64,000 bases of DNA, from positions 132,742,001 to 132,806,000 of the forward strand of contig NC_042999.1 in assembly GCF_006345805.1 (NCBI RefSeq). Direction: 5' to 3'. The notes beneath the pieces are model-generated. The model was not told where the DNA came from and ran no database searches. It saw only the letters and a program-made list of their open reading frames with translations. A program made the translations under genes and the position numbers. Source of the DNA: Octopus sinensis. Taxonomy: Eukaryota. Of the stretch, positions 39,260 through 53,220 are shown in pieces. The first letter of the stretch is position 1. Every line of letters starts with the position of its first letter.

Positions 39260-39799
39260 ATATATATAAAACTGTGAATGTGTGTGTGTCTGTCTGTCTG
39301 TCTGTCTGTGTGTTTCCCTAAAACTTGAGAACTACACAACCAATTTCATTCAAATTTTACACATACCTTACTTAGGGTCCATGTAGTTTCATGGGCAAAA
39401 AAATGTTCATCTTCTAGCCTAGGGCGAGCCCATAGCAATATCATATCTTCACCACTATTTCAGTATTACGTGTTAAAAGTGAAACAAAAACATTTCTCTA
39501 TTTTATGTCAGATACTTTCACTTTAACAATAAAAATTAGAGATAATAATAACAATTGAATTATATGTAGTAAGTAATAATTAAAATCGAACTAAAGTATA
39601 ATATAATCGTAACATTACAAAAGTAAAAATAGCAATTGGTATAAAATTGCATCAATGACTTGAACTTGAATAAGTGGTTTCACATGAATGGGAATAAATT
39701 AAAAATAAAATTAGCGTGCAGAAATGGAATAGTCCAGATGGGGCTGTGCACATACCGTTTACCACGGCTTTTACATTAGATTATCTGCTAATTAGCTAG
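39260..39799 (+). mobile_element. Non-autonomous Helitron-like element
   Basis: TATAAAA..(GTCT)n 5' region, block shared with 36700-36800, CCGT..ACGG hairpin and terminal CTAG. Confidence 0.6.
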
Positions 39800-39859
39800 T
39801 ATTAAGTATCTATATGAAGTTTGGCTGTATGTAATGTCTGTTTTCTCGAACAGCCGCTT

Positions 39860-40665
39860 CTACTGAGTAAAGGACTATAGGTTCAACTGCGTACTGCTTT
39901 TTGATTCACCGTAAGGTTTGTTGTTATTATTATTACTGTTCAACTATTGTTATCACGTTTGTTGGTTCCTCGTAAGGGAAACGTTGTTGTGTTTCATTTG
40001 TTAAATAATTGTAAACTGTAACCCTCCCCCTTTGGGAGAAGGAGCTTTGGTTATTGTTTGAAAATTGAATTGTGTCCCTGTTTGGAGAAATTGACAATAT
40101 TTTCATCGTTTACACGGAAGCATTTTTGTTAGAATGCCTTCGATAGAAGAAAGTCCAAAAATGAATTTCGCTGCAGCCGTCGGCGGGCGCGAACTCATTA
40201 AAATTAAAATGGCAGAAAAACAAACCTATTTCGGATTGATCACCGACAAAGACGGTGAATCTAGGATAACACCACCAAACGAAATAAAAAATTAAATTAA
40301 AGAAAAGACTATTGTCTATAAAGTATACAACGAAGAGAAAAAAAAAGATTTGAACACCTGGAGGAAAGCACCATCGAAAAGTGTCTTGGTGCGACTATGA
40401 AAGATATCTAACCAGAGGCGGTAAATTCGCCACAATAGAAGTAAGGTTCGAGTTAACGGAGCGTGCAAGGGAGTACTCGACTCGAACCTTGCAAAGTGGA
40501 AATATTTTATTTTTACCTTTATATCTGGGACATAGGACATCCCGGATAAAAATTAGAAATGTCCCCCCAGAAGTAGAGGTAGGCTGGATTGTAGCCACAC
40601 CTCTATACAAGCGGGAGGACAAGATACAATTGATCGAAATTGCAAGAGACGGGCCTACAATTCCA
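39860..40665 (+). mobile_element. L1/Tx1-like LINE 5' UTR and ORF1 relic
   Basis: ATG 40134 MPSIEESPKMNFAAAVGG...; RRM-like PLYLGHRTSRIKIRNVPPEV; stop and frameshift, truncated. Confidence 0.5.
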
Positions 40666-40841
40666 GTCTGTTATATATTTTGAGTATTGTTATCACTAGC
40701 GATATCAAGATATAACTTTGTATTTTGCATTTTACGTGTAGATGTATATATATAGATGTACATGTAATATGTACACACATATATATACACATATATGCAT
40801 GCACTAGCACTATGACTCGGCAACGATGGGTCATAATGCTA

Positions 40842-40883
<42 letters not shown>

Positions 40884-40887
<4 letters not shown>

Positions 40888-41107
40888 GTGGGATGTTGAA
40901 CCGTTCCCGGCTTTAATGGTATCACGAAAGGCTTGGCTGGAGGCTCAACGTTTCGAGTTCTTTTACAAGGGCTTAGAAAAACTGAAGAATCACTGCAATA
41001 ATTGTGTGAATCTAAAGTGGAGAATGTGTTGAGTAAAATCCTAATTAACTGATCCTCCTGCATTTTCATTTACGCAAAATTTAGGTATTTTTCAGTACCC
41101 AATAGTA
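40884..41107 (+). mobile_element. Mariner-derived MITE (second copy)
   Basis: Reverse complement of 11469-11687; carries transposase tail EFFYKGLEKLKNHCNNCVNLK. Confidence 0.75.
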
Positions 41108-42911
41108 TATTAATATCTTGATTTGCAAACTATCATATGAGAACCGTTAAAAAAAGACAGCACTCCTGACTTTATCTTAACCGCTACGTCAAAACGTAGT
41201 TTAACAGCATACACAGAAAGCAGTTAATTTATTCCAAAAGTTACTTCAATGGAAAATCTTATTTGTCCAGTTCAACACTTGTTAATGTTTCAGCTGGTCT
41301 GTCTTCAGATGTGAATGTCTGTGCAGTAGCCACTTAACTATGGATAAATAATACTTGGATCAATAAATGTTGCTTTACGTTGATCACCGGACGATAATTG
41401 ATCCAAAACATGCAAATGAATGGGTTTATCAATGAATAGCATTTCATCAAACTTTGAATCGCACTTTAAAAACTATAAGCGGGATACTAAAATGAAACCT
41501 GAGAGTCTATGTGTAGCCTTAAACAGCAAGTTGGCGTGAATGGCATGTAACATATGTAACAAAGCTGCCAGGAAGCATGAAGTAGTAATTAATATCACAT
41601 AAACGCTGAGAATAGAAGAAAAGTGACTATAAAGGGCAGGTCCAATAGCGTATAGCTGTTCGTTGTAGATACTTTCTTAACACAACATAATCAACCAAAC
41701 TCAATCAACCAAACTCAATCCAAAAGAAAAACTCGCAGAAGCTGATGCCTCCAAAGATTTTACCGTCAACAGCTTACACCAGAGACGACAGGTTGTCATA
41801 GATTCAGGGTACTATAAAATGCACATAAGTTACGGCCCATTCATTGTTCTTGTGTCATTGATACACTCCACTGTTACAATCTCCGACAGATTTTGCCATT
41901 CTTATTATTTAGATACAATCATCCCAAACACACAAGCACATTTATATCACAACATCGCAGAAGACTAACATCACGTATATACGCCCCAATAAATGCAGAG
42001 AAACAAAATCACATACAAAATTAACAAATGTATGAATAACTTAATTAGTCCGAACTCTATATTCGGAAACATACCATTAAATGTGTAGAAGAGCAATTGA
42101 AAGGATTCAGGAAGAACTTGGCCATCACAATGTTTGAAGCCAATGAAGGAAACTACACGTTGTCGCTCGACTTAACTTCAATTGCAGTCAAATCTCCCTC
42201 AAATCTAACCCCTAGAATGACAGAATAAAGATACATTGCACAATTAGTCCTAGATATGCAAAAAGACATATTGTTTGCTGTTGGAAGGTCATCGATTGTA
42301 ACTGTGGCTAATCAAAGATGGTGGGAATAAACAACAGCAGCTACAACTCAAACAACAACAGGATTATGACACAGATTGGAACATACAGGAAATGCTAACC
42401 TTAATATTACGCGTACCCTAATATAAACCATTGCATGTGAGGAAGCTGATAGATAATCCGCTAATTGTATTCAATATTTGGAGCACTCGCTCTGTAGTTT
42501 CCTGCAGTGGTTAAACCGACTCAGTAGTTCCCTGTAGTGGTTAAACTCGCTACAGCATTATTTTTTGAGCGATGACCAGGACAAATCAATAAACACGCGC
42601 GCTCGCGCACAACAACATACGCACACACATGCACACTCATACACACGCATAGGCTACGCTAAACATCGACCTTACGTGTCCCCAGCCATGAGAAAACAGA
42701 ATTAATGCTTTCGGATTTCAACAATACTGCAATCGACAACATGGACACTGTGTAGTACAAACACTGGAACTCATAATTATAGACGCATCCGCATCAAACA
42801 ACTACACAAGGAAATAGCAATAAATAAATAAATACATACATAAATAAATCACAGAAACATGAAACTGGAAAGCATAAACTATAACACTACTATAATTAAC
42901 AATAATGAAGG

Positions 42912-43030
42912 CAACAAACTGGCAGAATCCTTAACGCATCAGGCAAAATGTTTAGCAACATTTCTTCCGGCTCTTTACGTTCTGAGTCCAAATTTGACTT
43001 TGTCTTTTGAGGATCGATAAATTAACTACC
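42912..43030 (+). mobile_element. SINE family B fragment
   Basis: AACTGGCAGAATC...TTACGTTCTGAGTCCAAAT...GATAAATTAACTACC. Confidence 0.65.
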
Positions 43031-43233
43031 AAGTCAGCAAGCTCTACAATTGCTTGCCTCGTGTCGTTATTAACAACAATGGCTATACCTCACTCCATAC
43101 CACAGTAACAATCTCAAATATTGCACTAACACTGCGGTACCGAGCAGGCGTCGTTAATAGGCAAACACGAATCAAAGAAGATAGCAACACAAGCGAAAAA
43201 TTTATTCTCACGCTCTGACATGAGGAAATTAAG

Positions 43234-43284
<51 letters not shown>

Positions 43285-43739
43285 CATAACGAACAGAGTG
43301 ATTTGTAGACTAAAACGGAGGTAAATTGTAATGTAAAGTCTAAAATATAAAATATATAAAAATCTAACATTTAAAATATATAATTTCAAAAATATATTTA
43401 ATTTTTTAAATATGACGAAAATAAAAAAAATATAGAAGTAAATATATGTATATATAATTTTAGAATATGTAATATAAAATAGAAAATTAATAAATACAGG
43501 AAAATATCTAAAAGATATTTGAAATATTTTAAAATATAAAATATTAAAATTAAATATTTTAAAAATATTTAAAATACAGTTGAGAAATAGAGAAGGAGAG
43601 GAAGGAAGGTAAAATATAGGAGTTTAAAGTGGGGAATATAGCAGGTGAGAGACAAAGAAAGAGGTGAGTGATCGATGAATAAATGGGAATCAGTTAATAG
43701 AGAGTAATTGCCGTTTAGCTATGCTGAGTTGATAGTGAG

Positions 43740-44940
43740 GAATCTACATGTGCTATAGTTTGCTTCAAGGTAAGAAAATCTAGTATCAATAACTTCGATA
43801 TTACAATGGACTCTTCGGATTCAGCACAAGTCACAGACCATGCTGGTTTATTCCTCCTAAATGAAATACGCAAACATTTTTCAAAACTGGGTGGAGGTAT
43901 ATGAAGAGACAATTGTTTGAGAACTATTAAACATTCTTCAGTTACCAACGTTGAAAAGAACTTGGAGTAAACTTCGCAAATCTTTCGAGAGAATTTTATA
44001 ATGATACAAAGATCGTAAACATGTTAACTGTTACATTGGATATAAAGACATGTCTCTGCTTCCCATATCATAAACTTAATGATAATCTAGACTACATAAA
44101 ATTTCCATCCAAAATCAATGGATTTATTAAAAACATCTCAATTCGAATATCAAATTGATTTGCTAATATGGACGTATTCAGTAAGACTGCTTGGGATTAC
44201 ACCGATGCATTACGTAGGAGTGGCTAAAATGAATACATTGAAAATACTAATTTCACCACCGCTATCAGCAAAGATATAAATGAAATGAATACCCCAGCAT
44301 GGCCACAGTCTAATGACTGAAACAAGTAGAAGATAAAAGATAAGGATACTGTACAAAGAGAACCACAGAAAGGACACAAACGATATAGATAACCAGTATA
44401 GAAAAGCAGGTCTCAACACTAATTAAATACGTATTTATGATAATAGAAAAACCATCAACAGGATTGATAAAACAATCACAAGTAAAACAGACGACCCCCA
44501 ACCTAAGAACTAACCAGTCAACGAATGGTAATGACATTAACGCAAATATGTTGACAATAACACTACCAACCGACCACTTAATGCAACTAAAAATAAAAAG
44601 AATAGTACAAAGAAACGTAATATAACATGTTTCAATCTCCCTTACCACAAAATATTCAACATATCTACAACCAAACTTTCGTATCCGACCACTCCAAATC
44701 TAGCGAACAGTATAGCAGCCGCAATTAGCCGGAGTTATTTGTTGCCGAAACTAAAGGGTCAATCTACATTCTACATTTTGGTATTTTTTCTCTGAAACAA
44801 ATTTTAAAGTTTAATTCACCCGAAGAAATATGTGTGTTTTTTTTATGATGCAATCGGAATATTCATCAATAAAAACATGTTTGAAACAGCTGTAGTGAAA
44901 CTTCAGCCATTTGTTTTCTTTCTTTCTCTCTTTCTACTTT
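43740..44940 (+). mobile_element. Penelope-like retroelement relic (RT, linker, 3' hammerhead)
   Basis: FDITMDSSDSAQVTDHAGLFLL...GGGI*RDNCL (FDVTMGSYDGAE...GLYRDDGL-like); KRNITCFNLPY (KRNIIWFNPPY-like); SINE A fragment at 44290-44342. Confidence 0.75.
44815..44899 (+). ncRNA. Type I hammerhead motif, U4C variant
   Basis: TTCAC CCGAAGA AATATGT...ACATGTTT GAAA CAGCTG TA GTGAA. Confidence 0.65.
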
Positions 44941-44989
44941 CTTGCTTTTTATGTATGTATATATGCATATATGTGTGTGTATATATATC

Positions 44990-45206
44990 TTTGTTCTGTG
45001 TTTGTCTCCCATCACTAATAGACAACAAGTGTTGGTGTGTTTCGGCAAAAGAGACTGATAGAATAAGTCCGTTCGGCAAAAGAGACCGATAGAATAAGTA
45101 CCAAGCTTTTAAAAAAGTAAGTACTGGAGTCGACCCATTCGACTAAAACTTCTTCAAGACAATGCTTCAGTATGATCACAGTCGAATGACTGAAACAAAT
45201 AAAAGA
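44990..45206 (+). mobile_element. SINE family A 3' half
   Basis: Duplicated TTCGGCAAAAGAGAC(T/C)GATAGAATAAGT block. Confidence 0.75.
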
Positions 45207-45334
45207 TTTAAGTATTTATTCAATTTTATTTAATCTTTTAATAAATTATTTCTCACTTTTTACCAGTACGATAAGTTATTTATCGACGAAACTGATCTTT
45301 GGGAGAAAGTATGTCATATTCATAGTATATGTGA

Positions 45335-45445
<111 letters not shown>

Positions 45446-45484
45446 ATACATATATATATATGTATATATATATGTATATGTATA

Positions 45485-45555
<71 letters not shown>

Positions 45556-45595
45556 ATATATACATGTATGTATATGTATATATATGTGTGTGTAT

Positions 45596-46170
45596 AAGGG
45601 AAAAGAAGAAAATGGAGAAGTTACAATTTCATAACCTATGGATATTATCTTGGAATTGATATGTTTACCGTTTCTTATTATTTTTATTTTATCATTTTAC
45701 TTTACTTCACATGTTTCATTCTTACTCTCCGATGAAGCTTTGAGGCTTAATTATTGTCCAACCGCTGTCCAATTTTTGTCCAACATGTGTACAATCTCTA
45801 AATAGTTTTGGTATGATGTGCCAACTTTGGCGGGACGGACCCCCAAAGTAGAAATAGATGTAAGAGTATAGTACTATTCATTCGTTTATTCTTATTTATT
45901 TATTGGTACATATAATTGTAATAAATAAATAGATCCAACTGATGTTTGCAGGCTGATGTTTGTCAATTAACTATCTTCTCCATATTCTTCTTTGCCTTAT
46001 AAATTCTGGGTAAATGTTTGTTTACCCTCAATCATACCTATTATTCAATTGTGTTATTGCCTTACAACAATAAGTATTTGGATATAAATACATAGCTATA
46101 CATCCAGTAGTATATTGGATATTTATTATCCCTTAGATGGTTGTTTAACCTCTAACTCATACAGACGTAA
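45596..46170 (+). mobile_element. Penelope-like element with short inverted 5' copy, in (TA)n
   Basis: AAGGGAAAAGAAGAAAATGGAGAAG inverted at ~45975-45999; internal hammerhead. Confidence 0.6.
45723..45868 (+). ncRNA. Type I hammerhead motif with long helix II insert, U4C variant
   Basis: TACTCT CCGATGA A GCTTTG...CAAAGT A GAAA TAGATG TA AGAGTA; perfect 6-bp helix I. Confidence 0.55.
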
Positions 46171-46188
46171 ATATATATATGTATATAT

Positions 46189-46598
46189 ATTGATAGAAAT
46201 GGTAAGAAAACAAAAGAATGAAAGAGACCTCGATATTATTTAAATAGAGGAATTTATCTGTAAATGTAATATGTGACAATTATTCGGTAGCTATGATAAA
46301 ACTCCGAGTTTCGGATGTCGGGGTGGCAATCCACGCCGCCATCGGTATTACGCGAATGCTATAAACATTTTTACCCCCTTACTTTTACTCCCTCCCCTCA
46401 CTTAGCGGTCATGCAAATAGCTCTTTAGTTTTAATAACGGTCAATCACACAGTAATTTCCCTTTGTTTAACGGTCATCTTCATAGCATATTTTCTGATGG
46501 CTGGATAACTGAAGAGATGGCGGCGTGGATTTCCACCCCGACATCCGAAACTCGGAGTTTAATCATGGCTACCGAATAATTGTCACATATTACATTTA
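46189..46598. mobile_element. Foldback Penelope-like element, same family as 17765-18088
   Basis: Shared left end TTGATAGAAATGGTAAG; hammerhead 46504-46564 plus, truncated mirror 46295-46343. Confidence 0.85.
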
Positions 46599-46641
46599 CA
46601 CACATACACACACACAACACACACACACACACACACACACA

Positions 46642-46675
<34 letters not shown>

Positions 46676-46678
46676 GTA

Positions 46679-46750
<72 letters not shown>

Positions 46751-46772
46751 TATATATATACACACACACAAA

Positions 46773-46930
46773 CGGCTCCTTTCAGTTTCAGTCAACCCAA
46801 ACTACTCACAAGGCATTAGTCTATCTCGGTCTATAGCCGAAGACACTTGGCCAAGGTGCCACACATGCAATGGGGTTGAACATGGAACCATGTATTTGGG
46901 AAACAAACTTCCTACCGCATAACAATGCCT
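46773..46930 (-). mobile_element. SINE family A 5' half
   Basis: ACTCACAAGGC...GAAGACACTTGGCCAAGGTGCC. Confidence 0.7.
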
Positions 46931-47334
46931 GCTAAAATAAAATACCGATGTCATCATTAGATTATTAGCCGGTGCCATGACGAACAATGCATTATGGGAA
47001 ACATCCTCTGTCGAGCCGAGTGGCGATTTATTCTAATTCAAGTTTTTCTCTTCTCTTCTCGATAAGATGTGATAGAATGGTATGCGTAGGATTTGACTGC
47101 TAATTCTCGCAGATCAAACGATTACTTAAACATCCTTTTGTCGGCTAATTTATTATGTAGCTGTAGTGGTTGTGGTGATGGGTGGGGGTGGGATTGGGGT
47201 AATTGGTAGAAGGAAAAAATGATGTGGAAGCTAGACTAATGATCGTTTCATAATCATTATGAAATGATTAACAAATAGGTATGGGTGTGAGGAAGAAAGT
47301 AGCAAAGAGGATAAAAAAGAGATTAGCTGGCGTA

Positions 47335-47371
<37 letters not shown>

Positions 47372-47770
47372 TGGAGTAGGAGCGGAAGATAGAGAAGGGG
47401 AGAGAGAGTGTGTGTGTATATGTGTGTGTGCGTGTGTGTGTGTATGTACGGGACATGTGATAAATAGAATAAAGCTATTGACTATGATGTGAGAGATTTT
47501 ATTGAAGAAGAATTAGGCGAGAGGAAGTGAAGGAAATAGAAAAAGAGAGAGAGAGAGAGAAAGAGCGAGAGTGAGAGAAATAAGTCAAGAAAGATAGATA
47601 GAGAGAAAAGAAAGGGAAAGAGAGACGGAGACAAACAGGAAGACAGAGAGTTAGTGAAGTAGTCGGAAAGAAAGGGACGGTGAGAAACGTGTGGATAAAA
47701 TAGGAAGAGAAAGATAGTCTGGTATAAAGTGAGTGAACTACAGGGTGAAGGGAGGAGATCGAGATCGAGA

Positions 47771-47848
<78 letters not shown>

Positions 47849-49115
47849 CAAAGGGGAATAGTGAGAGAGGGACTGATAGAGACAAAGAGAAGAGGTAAGA
47901 AAGGAGAGGGGAGAAAGTGAAACTGAAAGTAGAGATGTTTTATTGCGAGTTCAATAATGAATACACTGGGAGATCATATATTTCATTGCATACAAACATT
48001 CATTCATACATGCATACGTACATTCATTCCTACATACATACTACATGATTACATACATATATACATACGTTAATACACACGTACACACACACATATATAC
48101 ATACATATATTCATATTTATATAGTCGTGTTCGTCTTGATGTATGTGTATATGCGTGTATTTGTGTGTGCATGTACATGCACCGACACACTGAAACACAT
48201 ATATATATATATATATGTATACATATATACGTATGTATAAATGTATATATATATATATATGTATGTATGTATGTACGCATGTATATATGTATGCATGTAT
48301 GTGTGTGAGACTATAAGTTATGTGACCATAGATTACGAGCCCGTGACGTAGTAAGCTTCTCAAAGTGTGGGAGGTTTGCGTGTGTGTGTATGTGTGCATA
48401 CGTGTTTGTATGTGTGTGTTTGTTTGTGTGTGTGTGTGCTTATAAGTACATGTGCGGGGGTAGAGATAAGCGAAAGCTATAGGAACGGAATGGCGGAGAT
48501 GCGGAGGAACGGAAGCGGCTGAGTAACGGTAAAGTTGGGGTTGGTGATAATACAATAATATGAAGATGCCCGTTTGAATGGTATTCATAAACGACCTGGC
48601 AAATGATTTAAAATGTGATCTATGGCGAGAAAGACAGGGAGAGAGAGACAATGGCGAGAGATTGAGAGATTGAGAGAGAGAGAGAGAGAGACAAAGGGGA
48701 AATAGTGAGAGAGGGACTGATAGAGACAAAGAGCGAGAGAGAGAGAGACAAAGAGGAGATAGTAAAAGAAAGAGAGGGATACAGATAAATAGATAGATAG
48801 ATATACAGAGAGGAAAATAAGAACGAGATAGTGGTGTTGAGTTGGCACGACAGGAGATATATAGAAGCGTGTGGTGGATGTGTAAAGCTGCATTGGAAAA
48901 TATTTTTAAGCAGCATATACGTGAAATGTGATTGGCTCCTCCAGTTTTGCAATTGCTCATATGCATGTATGTGTGTATATGCACATGTGCACATGTAATG
49001 TACATCATTTACATACTCTATGTGTCTGTAGATATGTATGTCTCTATATGTGAGCGTATGCATGCGTGTGTGTAGCTGTGTGTGTGTTAGTCAATATATA
49101 TTGTGTGTATGTGTG

Positions 49116-49410
49116 CCTTTTACTCGTCTCAGTCATTGGACAGCAGCCATGCTGGGGCAGTCGACTTGAAGGGTTTTAGTCAAACGAATAAACTGCAGTA
49201 CTTATTTTGTCCCATTTGTCTGCTACTTACACTGTCTCTTTTTATACTGAGACCATGCTGAGGCATCGAACGAATAGATCCAAAATAAAACTTAATTGTC
49301 ACTTCTTATCTAACGTCTGGTATTCATTCTTTCGGTCTCTGTCACTGAACGGCTAAGTTAGGGGGGGGCGCAAACAAACCAATACCGGTTGTCAAGCGAG
49401 ACAAACACAC
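49116..49410 (-). mobile_element. SINE family A 3' half (rearranged)
   Basis: CAGTCATTGGACAGCAGCCATGCTGGGGCA...GGTTGTCAAGCG. Confidence 0.65.
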
Positions 49411-49439
49411 ACACATACACTATATATATATATATAATA

Positions 49440-49780
49440 TATGACCCCTTCGGTCATGAATGACCGTGGGATTGCACTTAGAAAGTTCCCTTGTGGAGCA
49501 CAGGGCTGGGCATTTTTATTTATGGAAGATCAGCAGTCGCCCAGGCATACCAGCGTCCACTCTCCATGCCACCGATGTTATCCAAGCGAAAGGCAAAGGC
49601 TGATACTGGTTGGCACCATTGACTCATTTCGACAGCAACTCATTTCTACAGCTGAGTAAACTGGGGTCAAAGTGAAGTAGTGTCTTGCTTAAGACCACAA
49701 CACACAACCCGAGCTGGGAATCGAAGTCATTAGCTCAGGATTGTGAACCCGATGCTCTAAATATTGAATCATGCGCCTTC
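49440..49780 (-). mobile_element. SINE family D (tRNA head)
   Basis: Minus: GAAGGCGCATG..TTAGAGC..TTCGATTCCC..AAGCAAGACAC..CAGTTTACTCAGCTGTAGAAATGAGT. Confidence 0.7.
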
Positions 49781-49781
49781 A

Positions 49782-49864
<83 letters not shown>

Positions 49865-49949
49865 CTTACATACATACATAGATACATACATACATACATA
49901 CATACATACATACATACATACATACATACATACATGCATATATACATAC

Positions 49950-50930
49950 ACAGTAACATCAGATTTTTCGCTGATGATTCCAAGCTCGAGAAGGTCATGA
50001 ATGGCGTGGATGACCGGATAAGCCTTCAGTCAGACCTACTGGCTGTTGTCCAATGCGCGGAAAAGAACAACATGTTGCTAAAAGAAGACAAATTCGAATT
50101 GATCCGCTTTAGACGCTCTGAAACTCCCATACTCCTTTCCTTCTGGTGAAATTCTCATGGCATCTAACAACAGCAGACACTTTGGAGTAACTGTGGACAA
50201 CAATATAAGCTGGGCTACACATATAAGCAGCACAGTTGACATGGCCCGCAGAATGTGTTCCTGGATTCTCAGAACCTTCCAGTCGGGAGATTCTCACACC
50301 ATTATCCTTCTCTTGTCCACTTTTACCCGACTCCACCTTGAATACTGCTGTCCACTGTGATCTCCCTACACGAAACAAAACATGAAAATTGAAGCTCTCC
50401 AAAGGTCAATCACGAAAAAGATAGATGGCATGTCAGACCTCGACTACTGGGGTCAACTAAAAAATCTGAAACTCTATTCACTCCAACGACGCCGTGAATG
50501 CTACATTATTTGTATGATGTGGAAAATATTCCATCAGCACTGTCCAAATGATATTGGCATCACCCTCAAAATACACCCAAGACTTGGACCCCGTGCCATC
50601 CGTCCACAACAAAAATCTAAATCGCATCTCAACAACAATACGGCACAATTATTTCACCTCAATTGGCCCTGCTCTCTTCAACATTATACAAGGACACGTC
50701 AAAACAGAAACTGACCACACAAAGTTCAAGAAGTCTTTGGACAAATTCCTCCAAGCAGTCCCGGACAAACCACCCACATCTGGATATGTCTCCGCAAGCT
50801 ATAACTCTCTTCTCGAATGGGCCTTGGTGCCCAAATCCTGAAGTGAAAGACTTCGCCATGTGGTGTTATTAATTTAGACATGGCCTGGGCCAATACTGGC
50901 CAAAATCTTTCTAAGTTATTTTAAGTTATA
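49950..50930 (+). mobile_element. CR1-like LINE, 5'-truncated pseudogene
   Basis: IRFFADDSKL, LQSDL, FGVTVDNNISWATHI, LEYCCPL*SPY, IEALQR, LKLYSLQRRRE; 3' UTR intact. Confidence 0.9.
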
Positions 50931-51228
50931 TATACAGGTATGTCATATTTTCCGTTTATTGTCTTTTTATTCAATCCTGAAAAAATCTACACATATAAAT
51001 TTGGCATGGGCGATTCTTTCTTGTCTTGGGATTCACGGTCAAACAGCTGCGTGGAATTGCGCCAAAAATTACAGAGATGTGTATAATGATCCGGTGTTGT
51101 TGCTAGGCTTTGTATTTTTTCATATCTGCCATGGTTTTTCATATCTACATCAAAAAGGTGAAGATGAACTCACCTGGAAATGGATGCGTGGCATTGAAAT
51201 ACATACAAATAATAAATAATATATATAC

Positions 51229-52245
<1,017 letters not shown>

Positions 52246-52255
52246 GGAATAAAGA

Positions 52256-52286
<31 letters not shown>

Positions 52287-52307
52287 CACACATACATATA
52301 CACAGGA

Positions 52308-52805
52308 TACAGGGTCTCAAAATTAAGGCAATCGAAGTTTCGGGCTTCAATATCCATCAATAAATGTGATAAAATATGAAAAATATACATCATTATACAA
52401 GCTTAGCGTGTCTTCTTTTTTTTTTCAGACTAAATAAATTCATTGCCCGAGATACAATCATAACTCTCCACAAAGGACGCGAAAGTAATACAGCTATAGC
52501 AAAAAAACATAAAATTAACCCATCCACAGTCCGGAAAATTGTCAAGAAATTTCAAGAGACTGGGTGAAATCCTCGTCGTTCTGTCAAAAAACTGGCCTCC
52601 ACGGCAAAAGTAAGTCGAATATCGATGTATCGAGTGCTGAAGGAGGACTTCTGGACCCACCCCTAGAAGATGATCCACTTTTATGAGCTCATGCAAATTG
52701 ATAAGGCCATGGAACTGGAGAGAAGCCGTCTTATACTGCGTCAGATTGCTGAAGGTGCGCTGCCCAACCTGGTGTTTACTGATGAAAAGAAATTTGACAT
52801 CGAAT
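52308..52805 (+). mobile_element. Tc1/Tc3-like transposon relic
   Basis: TACAGGGT terminus; HTH ARDTIITLHKGRESNTAIAKKHKINPSTVRKIVKKFQETG; LVFTDEKKFDIE. Confidence 0.8.
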
Positions 52806-52824
52806 AGACAGTATATATATATAT

Positions 52825-53050
52825 ATTCTTTTATTCTTTATGTCTTTCTGCCATTTGACTGTGGCCATGCTGGAGCACCGCCTTTAGTCGAACAAATCGA
52901 CCTAAGGACTTATTCTTTGTAAGCCTAGTAATTATTCTATCGGTCTCTTTTGTCGAACCGTTAAGTTACGGGGACGTAAACACACCAACATCGGTTGTCA
53001 AACGATGGTGCGGTGGGAGAATCACAGACACACACACACACACTCACACT

Positions 53051-53089
<39 letters not shown>

Positions 53090-53220
53090 CACGACAGGCT
53101 TCTTTCAGTTTCTATCAACAAATCCACTCACAAGGTTTTGGTTGGCCTGAAGGTATAGTAGAAGACACTTGCCCAAGTTACTACGCAATCGGGTTAAACC
53201 ACACAGTCACACCTGCGACT
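52825..53220 (-). mobile_element. SINE family A
   Basis: Diagnostic blocks on minus strand. Confidence 0.85.

Noticed and set aside
41200-41640. Possible old RTE 3' region (HFKNYKRD...ALNSKLA)
   Set aside because: Similarity too weak to call by eye
48070-49008. 312-aa minus-strand ORF
   Set aside because: Assembled from CA, CT and TA repeats
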